From an uncultured delta proteobacterium (GTDB lineage: Bacteria; Desulfobacterota; Binatia; Binatales; Binataceae): 64,000 nucleotides of DNA. Position 1 is the stretch's first letter. Each line of letters starts with the position of its first letter. Location of the stretch: NCBI GenBank assembly GCA_963711565.1, contig CAVQEQ010000004.1:1344001-1408000 (forward strand), in the 5' to 3' direction. The notes under the pieces were generated by a model that was given only the letters and a program-made list of their open reading frames with translations, did no database searches and was not told the origin of the DNA. Below are positions 1 to 9,606 of the stretch, piece after piece. Position numbers and translations under genes: made by a program.

Positions 1-224
1 ACCAGGAACAGCATCAGCCCGAGCAGCAGGAAGCTCAGGTTGAAGAGCGAGATGACCGCGAGGTTGGAAACCAGCGAGGTGTGACGCGTAAGCGGCGGCA
101 ACTCGGTCTGCGCGAAGACGAATGCAATGAGCGTCGCGCCGGCTACGCCGACGGCGATCAGTTCGCGACGGCGCCGCTTGCGTTCTGCGAGCCGATGCGG
201 ACTTACGGATTTTTTCGCTGCCAA
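1..224 (-). CDS. N-terminal part of a membrane sensor histidine kinase (NtrY-like), runs off the window edge
   Basis: Manual translation from TTG at 224: LAAKKSVSPHRLAERKRRRRELIAVGVAGATLIAFVFAQTELPPL...NLAVISLFNLSFLLLGLMLFL; basic stretch then two TM helices, directly downstream of DUF2905; kinase domain not visible here. Confidence 0.55.
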   Translation of the reverse strand, partial: MAAKKSVSPHRLAERKRRRRELIAVGVAGATLIAFVFAQTELPPLTRHTSLVSNLAVISLFNLSFLLLGLMLFL

Positions 225-228
225 TTCG

Positions 229-441
229 TCAACGCCTCATCAGCGAAAACAGCAGGGTCGCGGCGATACTGATCAGGATGCAGGTCGCAAGCGGGAAGTA
301 GAAGGTGAAGTTGCCGCGACGGAGGTAGATGTCGCCGGGCAGCTTGCCGACATACGGCATCGACGATAATCCCCACAGTGCCAGGCCCACGACGATGATC
401 GCGATACCGGCGAAGACCAGGCTTTTTCCTATCGGCGCCAT
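229..441 (-). CDS. DUF2905 family small membrane protein
   Basis: Motif GKLPGDIYLRRGNFTFYFPLATCILIS; start taken at MAPIG. Confidence 0.85.
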   Translation of the reverse strand: MAPIGKSLVFAGIAIIVVGLALWGLSSMPYVGKLPGDIYLRRGNFTFYFPLATCILISIAATLLFSLMRR

Positions 442-514
442 CGGGAAACAGACCCCGCACCGATTGTACAAGACGGGCGCCCCTTACAATACAAGGCCGC
501 CCTGCCCCGCCCGG

Positions 515-2638
515 CTATGCGTGCGCGTGCGCGTGGCCCCCTGATTTGGCGCCGGCGGCCTCGCGCGCCGCGAGCGTCTCCTTGATAATTTTGTCAGCGA
601 CCGGAGCCGGCGCCTCTTCGTAGTGCGAGAAGTGCTGCTCGAAGGAGCCGCGGCCCGACGTGATCGAGCGCAAGTCGGGAGCGTACTTCAACACTTCCGA
701 CATCGGCACCTGCGCCTTGATCACCTGGCCGCTGCCCTTGCTGTCCATGCCGAGAACTTTGCCGCGGCGCGAATTCAGGTCACCAATCACGTCGCCCATG
801 CATTCGTCGGGACACGCGACTTCGATCGCGACGATCGGTTCGAGGATGATCGGTCGCGCTTTTTCGAGGCACGCCTTGAAGCCCATCGACGCCGCGATCT
901 GAAACGCCATGTCCGACGAATCGACGTCGTGATAGCTGCCGTCGAAGACCGTGACCCTCACGTCCACCATCGGATAGCCGGCCAGAAATCCCTCGGGCAG
1001 AGTGTTGCGCACGCCCTTCTCAACCGACGGAATGAAGTTGCGCGGGATGACGCCGCCGACGATGTTGTCGACGAACTCGAAGCCCTTGCCGCGCGGCATC
1101 GGCTCGATCTTGAGCCAGCAATCGCCGTATTGCCCGCGCCCGCCCGACTGGCGCTTGTATTTGCCCTGCGCCTCGGCGCGTCCCTTGATCGTTTCCTTGT
1201 ACGGAACCTTGGGCGCTTGCAGCTCGACGTCGACGTTGAATTTGCGGCGCAGCTTCTCGACCGTGATCTCAATATGCATCTGGCCGGTGCCCGACAGGAT
1301 GATGTCGTGAGTCTGCGGGTCCCGATGCATTTCGAGCGCGAGATCCTCCTCGATCAGCTTCTGGAGCGCGCCGGACGACTTCTCCTCGTCGCCCTTGGTC
1401 TTGGGACGAATCGCGAAAGAGATGACTCCGTTCGGACGCGTCAGCGGCGGCATCACGAGCACCGGCGCCTTCTCGTCGCATAGCGTGTCGCCGGTGGTGG
1501 TGTCCTTGAGCTTGGCGACGGCGACGATTTCGCCGGCGATCGCGCTGGCGATAGGCGACTGCTTCTTGCCCTCGAGCCGCAGCAACTGGCCGAAGCGCTC
1601 CTTTGTTTCGCGCGTCGAGTTGAACACGGCCGCATCGGTTTGAGCGTGGCCCGAAATGATACGAAAGATGGAGAGCTTGCCCGCGAAGGGATCGATAATC
1701 GTCTTGAATACCAACGCGGCGAACGGCGCGGACGGATCGGCGGGACGGCTCACCGGCTCGCCGGTGGTGGGATTCTGGCATTCCACCGGCGGACGTTCGT
1801 TGGGCGCAGGCAGAAACGTTGTGACAGCGTCGAGCAGCGGCGCGATACCGATATTCTTCGCGCCCGATCCGCAGAAGACGGGCGTGATCTTGCGCTCGAC
1901 GACGGCCGCATGCAGCGCCGCACGCACTTCGGCATCGTCGAGCGTGCCCTTGTCGAGATATTTCTCGAGCAGCGCATCGTCGGTCTCGGCGACCGCCTCG
2001 AACAGCGCGGTGCGCGCCGCTTCCGCCTGGGTCTTAAGGTCGGCTGACAGTTCCTCTTCTTTGAATTTTCCGCTGGTATCGGCGTAAGTGAGCGCCTTCA
2101 TCGCGAGCACGTCGACGACGCCCTTGAAGCCGAGCTCCTCGCCAATCGGGATCGTCAGCGCGACGGCACGCGCGCCCAGAACCTTCTCGAGATCCTTCAT
2201 CGCCGCGTCGAAGCTGGTGCGCTCGCGATCGAGCCGCGACACAAACGCGATTCGGGGCAGTTTGAGGTCTTCGGTTGCAGCCCAGATTTTTTCGGATTCG
2301 ACTTTAGTGTCGCTGCCCGGACTTATCAGCATCACGACACCGTCCACCGCGCGCAGAGTCGTGAGCGTCTCCGGCAGGAAGGCGCTGTAACCGGGCGTGT
2401 CGGCGAAAATTACTTCGGTCTTTTTCCAGTTGAGATGGTTGAACGCGGAACTGATCGAAATGTGATGTTTGGTTTCCTCGGGCTCGAAGTCCATCGCGGC
2501 CGAGCCGTCGTCGGGCTTCCCGAGCCGCTGCACCGCGCCCGCCGTGAAGAGCATCGCGTCGGCGGCCTGCGTCTTGCCGGTCCCGCCCTGGCCCACGATT
2601 GCGATTGTCCTAAGCCGTCCGATTTCCTCCACAGCCAT
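515..2638 (-). CDS. fusA: Elongation factor G-like protein (EF-G2)
   Basis: 707 aa; GQGGTGKT, DTPG, KRQSGGRGQYGD, DGSYHDVDSSDMAF; G4 motif is degenerate (SRLD), as in EF-G2 paralogues. Confidence 0.93.
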   Translation of the reverse strand: MAVEEIGRLRTIAIVGQGGTGKTQAADAMLFTAGAVQRLGKPDDGSAAMDFEPEETKHHISISSAFNHLNWKKTEVIFADTPGYSAFLPETLTTLRAVDGVVMLISPGSDTKVESEKIWAATEDLKLPRIAFVSRLDRERTSFDAAMKDLEKVLGARAVALTIPIGEELGFKGVVDVLAMKALTYADTSGKFKEEELSADLKTQAEAARTALFEAVAETDDALLEKYLDKGTLDDAEVRAALHAAVVERKITPVFCGSGAKNIGIAPLLDAVTTFLPAPNERPPVECQNPTTGEPVSRPADPSAPFAALVFKTIIDPFAGKLSIFRIISGHAQTDAAVFNSTRETKERFGQLLRLEGKKQSPIASAIAGEIVAVAKLKDTTTGDTLCDEKAPVLVMPPLTRPNGVISFAIRPKTKGDEEKSSGALQKLIEEDLALEMHRDPQTHDIILSGTGQMHIEITVEKLRRKFNVDVELQAPKVPYKETIKGRAEAQGKYKRQSGGRGQYGDCWLKIEPMPRGKGFEFVDNIVGGVIPRNFIPSVEKGVRNTLPEGFLAGYPMVDVRVTVFDGSYHDVDSSDMAFQIAASMGFKACLEKARPIILEPIVAIEVACPDECMGDVIGDLNSRRGKVLGMDSKGSGQVIKAQVPMSEVLKYAPDLRSITSGRGSFEQHFSHYEEAPAPVADKIIKETLAAREAAGAKSGGHAHAHA

Positions 2639-2731
2639 GGAGTCACCTCTCAGCTTGCCCGCCGGGACCAGCGCCGATTTCAGAGCGCCGCGCCCCGATC
2701 GATGCAGTTATTTCGCGTTCGTCACATAAAC

Positions 2732-3529
2732 TTACTCGTACGCCCCCTCCACACTCACCTCACCCGCGACAATTCGTTCGACGCGGTCTCCGATGTCTAG
2801 CAGCAGTGCACCGGTCGCGTCGATTCCTTTCACCACTCCCGTCTGACGCCTGTCGCCGTCCACGATCGCGATGCGCCTGCCTGTCAACGCCGAGAAACGC
2901 TCCCACGCCGGGCGGACCGCATCGAAGCCGCGCGTGACCGTTTCCATATAGCGAGAGTCGAGCAGATTAAAAAGCGAATCGGCGATCGCAATCCGGTCGC
3001 ATGCATGGCCCGTCGCGATACGCATCGAGGTCGCCTTGTCGCGCAAATCGGGCGGGATATCGTCGGCGGCGAGATTGATATTGATGCCGATACCGAGCAG
3101 CACGCAGTCGAGATTCTGCCGCGCGTCGGTCACGGCCTCGGCTATTATGCCGCCGGCCTTGCGCCCGCGCAGCCACACGTCGTTGGGCCACTTGAGCGCG
3201 ACGATTCCAGGCGCCTCGCGTTCCAGCGCTTCGGCGGCGGCGACGCCGGCGACCAGGCTCATCCGCGGCACGTCGGCAAGCGGAATCGGCGGGCGGAGAA
3301 TTATCGTAGTGTAGAGATTGACGCCGGACGGCGAATGCCACGTGCGGCCCATCCTGCCCCGCCCCGCGGTCTGCCTCTCGGCGATAACCAGTGTGCCCTG
3401 GTCGGCGCCGCTCGCAGCCAACTCGCGCGCAGCCTCCTGGGTGGAGTCGATCTCGTCGAAATAATGGATTCGCCAGCCGATCCGGCCCGGCGCGCCTCGT
3501 TCAATAGGAAGATATGGATTATGAGGCAT
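2732..3529 (-). CDS. birA: Biotin--[acetyl-CoA carboxylase] ligase (no N-terminal HTH)
   Basis: QTAGRGRMGR, KWPND, KAGGI, GIGIN motifs. Confidence 0.95.
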   Translation of the reverse strand: MPHNPYLPIERGAPGRIGWRIHYFDEIDSTQEAARELAASGADQGTLVIAERQTAGRGRMGRTWHSPSGVNLYTTIILRPPIPLADVPRMSLVAGVAAAEALEREAPGIVALKWPNDVWLRGRKAGGIIAEAVTDARQNLDCVLLGIGININLAADDIPPDLRDKATSMRIATGHACDRIAIADSLFNLLDSRYMETVTRGFDAVRPAWERFSALTGRRIAIVDGDRRQTGVVKGIDATGALLLDIGDRVERIVAGEVSVEGAYE

Positions 3530-3575
3530 TACTTTAAGTTCTCAACAAACGTCGGGCGCGCACGGCGCCCGCCAA

Positions 3576-4424
3576 TCAGACCGCGTCAATTCTCATGCTG
3601 ATATCCAAAAATCGCGCCGAATGCGTCAGCGCACCAACGGAGATTAGATCAACTCCCGTCTCCGCAATAGCGCGAACTATCTCGAGGGTCACGCCGCCCG
3701 AAACTTCAAGCTGAACTTTCAATCCCGCGAGCGCGCGCGCCTTGCGGATATTGTCGAGCGTCATGTTGTCGAGCAGGATCGCATCGGCGCCGGCCTTAAG
3801 CGCTTCTTCAACTTGCGCGAGCGTCTCGCATTCGATTTCGATTTTGAGCGTATGCGGCGCGACCCGGCGCGCACCTTCGATCGCCTTCGTCACCGTACCG
3901 GCCGCCGCGATATGGTTCTCCTTGATCAGCACGCCGCTGTCCAGCCCGAGGCGATGGTTATGCCCGCCGCCGACGCGGACAGCGTACTTCTCGACAATGC
4001 GCAGCCCAGGATGAGTCTTGCGCGTGTCGATGATTTTCGCGCGAGTGCCCGCGACCGCATCGACGAACGCCCGCGTTGTCGTCGCGATTCCCGAGAGTAG
4101 TTGCACGAAGTTGAGCGCGGTGCGTTCGCCAATCAGCAATCCCGCGAGCTTGCCGTCGATCTCGGCGAGTACATCGCCAGCCTTCAGCTCTGCGCCTTCC
4201 GGCTTGAGCGACGCCATTCGCGGCGCAGCACCCGCCTGCCGCATGACGGGCTCAATCAGGACGCCTCCAGCGAGAATCATCCGCGGCTCTTTGACGGTGA
4301 TCCTCGCGCGCCCCATCGCACCCGGCGCGACAGTCGCAGCGGTAGTGATATCGCCCTGCCCCACATCCTCAGCAAGCGCGCGCTTGATGAGGTCAGTGGG
4401 ATCGAATTGCTTGAACAGTTCCAC
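3576..4424 (-). CDS. nadC: Nicotinate-nucleotide diphosphorylase (carboxylating)
   Basis: DTRKTHPG, GGGHNHR, LIKENH, LLDNM, SVGALTHS motifs. Confidence 0.96.
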   Translation of the reverse strand: MELFKQFDPTDLIKRALAEDVGQGDITTAATVAPGAMGRARITVKEPRMILAGGVLIEPVMRQAGAAPRMASLKPEGAELKAGDVLAEIDGKLAGLLIGERTALNFVQLLSGIATTTRAFVDAVAGTRAKIIDTRKTHPGLRIVEKYAVRVGGGHNHRLGLDSGVLIKENHIAAAGTVTKAIEGARRVAPHTLKIEIECETLAQVEEALKAGADAILLDNMTLDNIRKARALAGLKVQLEVSGGVTLEIVRAIAETGVDLISVGALTHSARFLDISMRIDAV

Positions 4425-4493
4425 CGCTACCTGCGATCCGCTCGATTGTTAGGGGTTTTCCGCGCGTGGCTTCTTATTGTTTTGTGTTATTTT

Positions 4494-4675
4494 GTGTCAT
4501 TCAGAGCGGAGTCTGCGAAGCGAAGAATCCCGGATCTTCTCGACGCTCGCCCACGCACGCCCGGCCAACATTCATCGAGATGCTCTGCGCAGATTGAGCA
4601 AAGGGATACGCCACGATTGCGGAGTGCTTGTCTCCGCGTGGCGTCCGGGATTCTTCGCTCCGCTCTGAATGACAC
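4494..4675. repeat. REPIN/MITE-like element with terminal inverted repeats
   Basis: GTGTCATTCAGAGCGGAG...GCGAAGAATCCCGGA (4494-4534) is complementary to TCCGGGATTCTTCGCTCCGCTCTGAATGACAC (4644-4675); a further arm lies at 14059-14088. Confidence 0.8.
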
Positions 4676-4702
4676 GGAGGGTTCATGCGAGAATAACGTT
4701 GT

Positions 4703-7372
4703 TCATGCGATTACGAGCTTCTTCTTTCTGGCGCGTTCTTCGAGTTGGCGCAGTTGTTCGGTTAGCAACTTTCGCTGGGCCTGCAGTTCTTCGAATCGCT
4801 GCGCTACTTCCGCTCGCGTCTCAGGGTCGGCTTTCGCCATGAAGCGCGGGTCGTTCAAGCGCGCTTCATGTTGGGCGAGGTGCTTGGAGACCTCATTAAG
4901 CTTCTTCTGCACTATCTGGCGTGCAAGTTCGAAATCGAACCCGTCGGGCGCATCGACGCCCACGTCTGCCCACGCAAGATGCGAGAACACCGCTCGATCT
5001 CCTGACGTATCGGGATTCAAAGCTTCGAGCTTAGCGAGCGTCGTCGCATACGATCGCCAGCTTTCCAGCTCTTTGGCATCACTTGCTTTTATCAAAGCAG
5101 TAACCCGCTGACCGGGATGCCAGCCGAGCAGCGAGCGCAGCGAATTGATCGCTTCCGTCGCTTCGATGCAGTGATTCATCGCGATCTCTTCCGCTGCCGA
5201 CAGCGGATTCATCGCCGACGGTTCCGGATACTTCGCGATCGGTAGATGCGCTGCGAGATTCGGCTCGTCGATGTACGGCCTGATCACCTGCCAGATCTCC
5301 TCCGACACGAACGGCATGAACGGGTGCAGCAGACGTAGCATCTTGTCGAAGACGTTGATCAGCACCCATCGCGCGCCTTCCTGACGCTCGCCGCCCGCCT
5401 TGAGCGGTTCCTTCGACAGCTCGATGTACCAATCACAGAACTCGTGCCAGATGAACTGATAGAGCTTCATCGCGGCGACGTTGAATTCGTAGTCGTCGAT
5501 CGAGCCGCTGACCTCGCGAATCGTGACGTCCAAGCGCGAGAGGATCCATCGCTCGGCCAGTCCCAGCTTCGCGATTTCCACTTTCGGCAGAGGTTGTGGC
5601 GCGCCTTCGAGATTCATCATCACGAAGCGGGCGGCGTTCCAGATTTTGTTGGCGAAGGCGCGCGATGCGGCGAACCTGTCGTGCGACAGGATTACGTCGC
5701 GGCCTTGCGCGGCCAACTGCGCCAGTGTGAAGCGGACCGCGTCGGCCCCGTACTGGTTCATCAACTCGAGCGGGTCAACGACGTTGCCCTTCGTCTTGCT
5801 CATCTTCTTGCCGTCTTTGTCGCGGACCAGCGGCGTGATGTACACGTCCTTGAACGGCACCTTGTCGGTGAACTCGAGCCCGAACATCATCATGCGCGCG
5901 ACCCAGAAAAATATGATGTCGAAACCGGTGAGCAGCAGGCTGGTCGGGTAGTAGCGCGCGAAGTCCGCGGTGTTTTCCGGCCAGCCGAGCGTGGACATCG
6001 GCCACAAGCCCGAGCTGAACCACGTGTCGAGCACGTCGTCGTCCTGGACGATGTCGGAGCCGTCGCATTCGGGGCATCGCGACGGACGCTCGGCGGCGAC
6101 GAACAGATGGTCGCATCGCACGCACCTGTACGCGGGAATCCGATGGCCCCACCACAGCTGGCGCGAGATACACCAGTCGTGGATGTTCTCGAGCCAGTTG
6201 AAAAACACGTTCTCCCATCGCTTCGGATGGAAGGTCGTGTCGCCCTTGCGCACCGCTTCCATCGCGCGATCGGCCATCGCGCGCATCGCGAGGAACCACT
6301 GCTCGGAGAGCATCGGCTCGACCACGCTATCGCATCGCGAGCATACGCCGACTGCATGCTTGTGCGGCTCGATCTTTTCGAGGAGCCCGGCAAGCTCGAG
6401 GTCCTTGACGATTTGTTTGCGGGCGCCCTCGCGCGACAGCCCGCGATATGGGCCGCCATTTTCGTTGATGTGCGCAGCGTTGTCGAAGATCGAAATTTGG
6501 TCGAGGTCGTGACGTTTGCCCAAGTCGAAGTCCACCGGGTCGTGCGCGGGTGTAACCTTCAGCGCGCCGGTGCCGAATTCGCGATCGATCGCGGCGTCCG
6601 CGATAATTTTTATTTCGCGCTTCGTCAGCGGCAGACGGAGCGTCTTGCCGACGTACGACTTGTAGCGCTCGTCGTCGGGATTCACGGCGACCGCCGTGTC
6701 ACCGAGCATCGTCTCGGGCCGTGTCGTCGCGATCATGATTGCGCCCGAGCCGTCGGCGAACGGGTAGCGGATGTACCAAAGACTGCCCTGAACGTCCTGG
6801 TGATCGACTTCGAGATCGGACAGCGCCGTTTCGCATCGCGGGCACCAGTTGATCAGCCGCATCGCGCGGTAGATGAGTTTCCTGTTGTAGAGATCCACGA
6901 AGACTTGGGTCACCGCCTGCGACAAGCCCGCGTCGAGCGTGAAGCGCTCGCGGCTCCAGTCGCATGACGCGCCGAGGCGGCGCAACTGATTGAGGATGCG
7001 GTCGCCGTAGGTCTCGCGCCATTCCCAGACGCGATCTACGAATGCGTCGCGGCCGAGCTGATGGCGGTCCTTGCCTTCCTTCGCGAGATCCTTCTCGACG
7101 GCATTCTGCGTGGCGATGCCGGCGTGATCGGTGCCGGGGAGCCACAGCGTGTTGTAACCCTGCATCCGGCGCGTGCGGACTATTATGTCCTGGAGCGAGA
7201 CGTTGAGCGCGTGGCCGAGGTGGAGTTGGCCGGTGACGTTAGGCGGCGGGATGACGACCGAGAAGACTTTGCCCGGGCGCGCGGGATCGGCCTTGAAGTA
7301 ACCGAGGTCGATCCACAGTTGAAACCATCGCTCCTCAGCGGACTTGGAATCGAATGTTTTGGGCAAATCCAC
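4703..7372 (-). CDS. valS: Valine--tRNA ligase
   Basis: PPPNVTGQLHLGH, GTDHAGIATQ, WCISRQLWWGH, KMSKT; GTG start at 7372 has an upstream GGAG (ORF is open to 7417). Confidence 0.97.
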   Translation of the reverse strand: MDLPKTFDSKSAEERWFQLWIDLGYFKADPARPGKVFSVVIPPPNVTGQLHLGHALNVSLQDIIVRTRRMQGYNTLWLPGTDHAGIATQNAVEKDLAKEGKDRHQLGRDAFVDRVWEWRETYGDRILNQLRRLGASCDWSRERFTLDAGLSQAVTQVFVDLYNRKLIYRAMRLINWCPRCETALSDLEVDHQDVQGSLWYIRYPFADGSGAIMIATTRPETMLGDTAVAVNPDDERYKSYVGKTLRLPLTKREIKIIADAAIDREFGTGALKVTPAHDPVDFDLGKRHDLDQISIFDNAAHINENGGPYRGLSREGARKQIVKDLELAGLLEKIEPHKHAVGVCSRCDSVVEPMLSEQWFLAMRAMADRAMEAVRKGDTTFHPKRWENVFFNWLENIHDWCISRQLWWGHRIPAYRCVRCDHLFVAAERPSRCPECDGSDIVQDDDVLDTWFSSGLWPMSTLGWPENTADFARYYPTSLLLTGFDIIFFWVARMMMFGLEFTDKVPFKDVYITPLVRDKDGKKMSKTKGNVVDPLELMNQYGADAVRFTLAQLAAQGRDVILSHDRFAASRAFANKIWNAARFVMMNLEGAPQPLPKVEIAKLGLAERWILSRLDVTIREVSGSIDDYEFNVAAMKLYQFIWHEFCDWYIELSKEPLKAGGERQEGARWVLINVFDKMLRLLHPFMPFVSEEIWQVIRPYIDEPNLAAHLPIAKYPEPSAMNPLSAAEEIAMNHCIEATEAINSLRSLLGWHPGQRVTALIKASDAKELESWRSYATTLAKLEALNPDTSGDRAVFSHLAWADVGVDAPDGFDFELARQIVQKKLNEVSKHLAQHEARLNDPRFMAKADPETRAEVAQRFEELQAQRKLLTEQLRQLEERARKKKLVIA

Positions 7373-7564
7373 CGGTATCGCTCCGTCGAAAAAAGGGCGC
7401 GAGCGCCCTTCGCTCAAATCATATTGTCCGCGCCGTCACCTCTCAAGCGCGCAACTCAGCGCGTCGATCTACAGCTTGTAAAGTCGCGCGGGTTGATAAT
7501 ATCGTGCGCATGCTTGTATTGGGGACTGGGGACCGGACGTATATGACCGCGTAGGGGAAATTTC

Positions 7565-7819
7565 ATGGCTGACGTGTTTCGCAAACTGGGTATGGCAGCC
7601 GCGCTCGGAACGTTGCTCGTCGCCGGCATGTCGGGATGCGGCTCAATGTCCACTGACCACGTCGATTGCAACGTCGTGAAGCTGCAGCAGCAATCGGGCC
7701 GCTCCGATTCTGAGATCGCGTCTGCCATCGGCGGCAGCGAAGCGGATGTCGCGAAGTGTCACGGCGCGGAACATACGAGCAACAAGGATTCCACCAGCGC
7801 GGTCCCTTCGACGTATTGA
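7565..7819 (+). CDS. Small putative lipoprotein, hypothetical
   Basis: Signal peptide ending MSGC; GGGG RBS-like run upstream; two further Cys. Confidence 0.6.
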   Translation: MADVFRKLGMAAALGTLLVAGMSGCGSMSTDHVDCNVVKLQQQSGRSDSEIASAIGGSEADVAKCHGAEHTSNKDSTSAVPSTY

Positions 7820-7849
7820 GCGCGCCGCGGCGTTCCGGCGTATCAAAAC

Positions 7850-7935
7850 TGGTGCGAGAGAGGGGACTTGAACCCCTACGAGCTTGCGCTCACAAGGTCC
7901 TGAGCCTTGCGCGTCTGCCATTCCGCCACTCTCGC
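7850..7935 (-). tRNA. tRNA-Leu (anticodon CAG)
   Basis: Reverse complement GCGAGAGTGGCGGAATGGCAGACGCGCAAGGCTCAGGACCTTGTGAGCGCAAGCTCGTAGGGGTTCAAGTCCCCTCTCTCGCACCA: acceptor stem, D and T arms, long variable arm, encoded CCA. Confidence 0.97.
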
Positions 7936-8053
7936 GAGCGAGGACAAGAGTATACGGTTTAACCGGCTGATGATTCCAATTCAAGACGGGTTTCCAAAAT
8001 TCGCGCGGCCGTCTTGAGCGCGCGGCCTCAGTGACACACAATCTGCGGTTACG

Positions 8054-8755
8054 ATGAGTGAACGGGTTCGCGGCGCGATTGCGCTTGCGCCGGCGGCCGG
8101 GCCGTCGTCGCTCGCGCTGGACTTGAGCGCGGGTGACGGTCTTTCGAGCCGGATGCTGGCGGAGCGCGGATGGCGCGTCGTTTCGACCGAGTATCGCACG
8201 CGCAAGCCCGGCTGGGTGGCCGTCAACCTCGACAACGACCTCCCCTTTCGCCCGGCGAGCTTCGACCTGGTGACGATGCTCGAAGTGATCGAGCATCTCG
8301 CCGACATCCCGCACATGCTCGGCGAAATCGCGCGCGTGATGCGGCCCGGCGGCGTCGCAATCGTCACGACGCCCAATCGCCTGAACGTCAGCTCGCGGAT
8401 ACATTACCTGCTGAGCGGCTACTACAAGGGACGGCGCGCGCCGCTGGCGTACAAATATCGGGTCGAGGACGGGCGCAACTGGCACGTGATGGGCCTCAAC
8501 GACCTGCATTGGATAGCGTGGGGGGCGGGACTGCGGATGGACGCGATCGGGCGCAGCCGGCGCAAGTTGCGATCGCGAATCCTCGCGCCGATACTGTGGC
8601 CGTTCATCGCCGGTTTTTCGTGGATGCTCTACGGGCGTGTGAAAGATCCGGTGCAGCGTGGGATCAATCGCGAGCTGCTCGGCTTCATGACCAGCGCGAG
8701 CCTGCTGATGGACGAAAACATCATCATGCGATTTCGTAAAGTCGAACAGCATTGA
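8054..8755 (+). CDS. Class I SAM-dependent methyltransferase
   Basis: LDLSAGDG motif I, FDLVTMLEVIEH, RPGG; overlaps the start of the downstream glycosyltransferase. Confidence 0.85.
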   Translation: MSERVRGAIALAPAAGPSSLALDLSAGDGLSSRMLAERGWRVVSTEYRTRKPGWVAVNLDNDLPFRPASFDLVTMLEVIEHLADIPHMLGEIARVMRPGGVAIVTTPNRLNVSSRIHYLLSGYYKGRRAPLAYKYRVEDGRNWHVMGLNDLHWIAWGAGLRMDAIGRSRRKLRSRILAPILWPFIAGFSWMLYGRVKDPVQRGINRELLGFMTSASLLMDENIIMRFRKVEQH

Positions 8756-9597
8756 AGACTACCGTCATTATTGCGACTCACAATCGCCCCGACCCGCTCT
8801 CGCGGCTGATTGCGAGCCTCGCGCCCGAGCTCGCTACCGGAGCGCGCGAGCTAATCATTGCAGAGAATGGCACGCCGACGCCGATGCAGCTGTCGCTCGA
8901 AGGTCCGCCGCTCAAGCATCTGCACGAACCGCGCGCCGGGAAATGCCGTATCCAGAATCGCGCAATCGCGGCGGCGACCGGCGAGATCCTGGTTTTTCTC
9001 GATGACGATTTGGTCGTCGCGCTGGGCTATCTCCAGGCGGTTGAGGATTTCTTCGATACGCATCGCGAGTTCGCCGCGATGAAGGGCCGAATCCTTGCCG
9101 CCGAAGATCCCGATAAGAAAGTCGGGGCGACGGCGACGTACCTCGACTTGCCGATCGCCGATCATGGTGACGAAGTGATCGAGGTGCGAGGCGTACTTGG
9201 CGCGAACATGGCTTTCCGTGCGGACGCGATTAAGCAAGTGGGGCCGTTCGACGAGCGTCTCGGTCCCGGCGCAGGTGGGCATGAAGAGGAAACCGAGATG
9301 TCGCAGCGAATGCGGCGCGCGGGGTATCGAATCGGATACGCGCCCAAGGCCCTCGTTTATCATGAAGTCGATCCGGCCCGCGCGAATCGCGAACGGTTCA
9401 TCAGAATCGCGCGCGAGCGCGGCCGATGCCGGATGCTGCATGAGAAGCATTCCGCGGCGGACGTGATTCTGAAGAATGCGATCGCATGGGTGCGGCTGCG
9501 CGTCGCGCAGTTGACGGGCGCCGGCATCCCACGAATCGCGCGCGAGGAGCGGAGACTCGCGATCGCGCGCGGAATGTTCGACGGCCTCGGCGGCTGA
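8752..9597 (+). CDS. Glycosyltransferase family 2
   Basis: VIIATHNR, FLDDD, GANMAFR, GPFDERLGPG. Confidence 0.9.
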   Translation: MKTTVIIATHNRPDPLSRLIASLAPELATGARELIIAENGTPTPMQLSLEGPPLKHLHEPRAGKCRIQNRAIAAATGEILVFLDDDLVVALGYLQAVEDFFDTHREFAAMKGRILAAEDPDKKVGATATYLDLPIADHGDEVIEVRGVLGANMAFRADAIKQVGPFDERLGPGAGGHEEETEMSQRMRRAGYRIGYAPKALVYHEVDPARANRERFIRIARERGRCRMLHEKHSAADVILKNAIAWVRLRVAQLTGAGIPRIAREERRLAIARGMFDGLGG

Positions 9598-9606
9598 AGA
9601 CGCGCC

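Noticed and set aside
5444-6967. Long antisense and alternative-frame ORFs (e.g. 5444..6967, 16334..17797, 38272..39837, 48749..50089, 59574..60824)
   Set aside because: Shadow ORFs of well-supported genes, expected in high-GC DNA; no recognisable motifs.
7850-7935. tRNA-Leu as an integration site for an island
   Set aside because: No integrase and no duplicated tRNA 3' end seen in the window.
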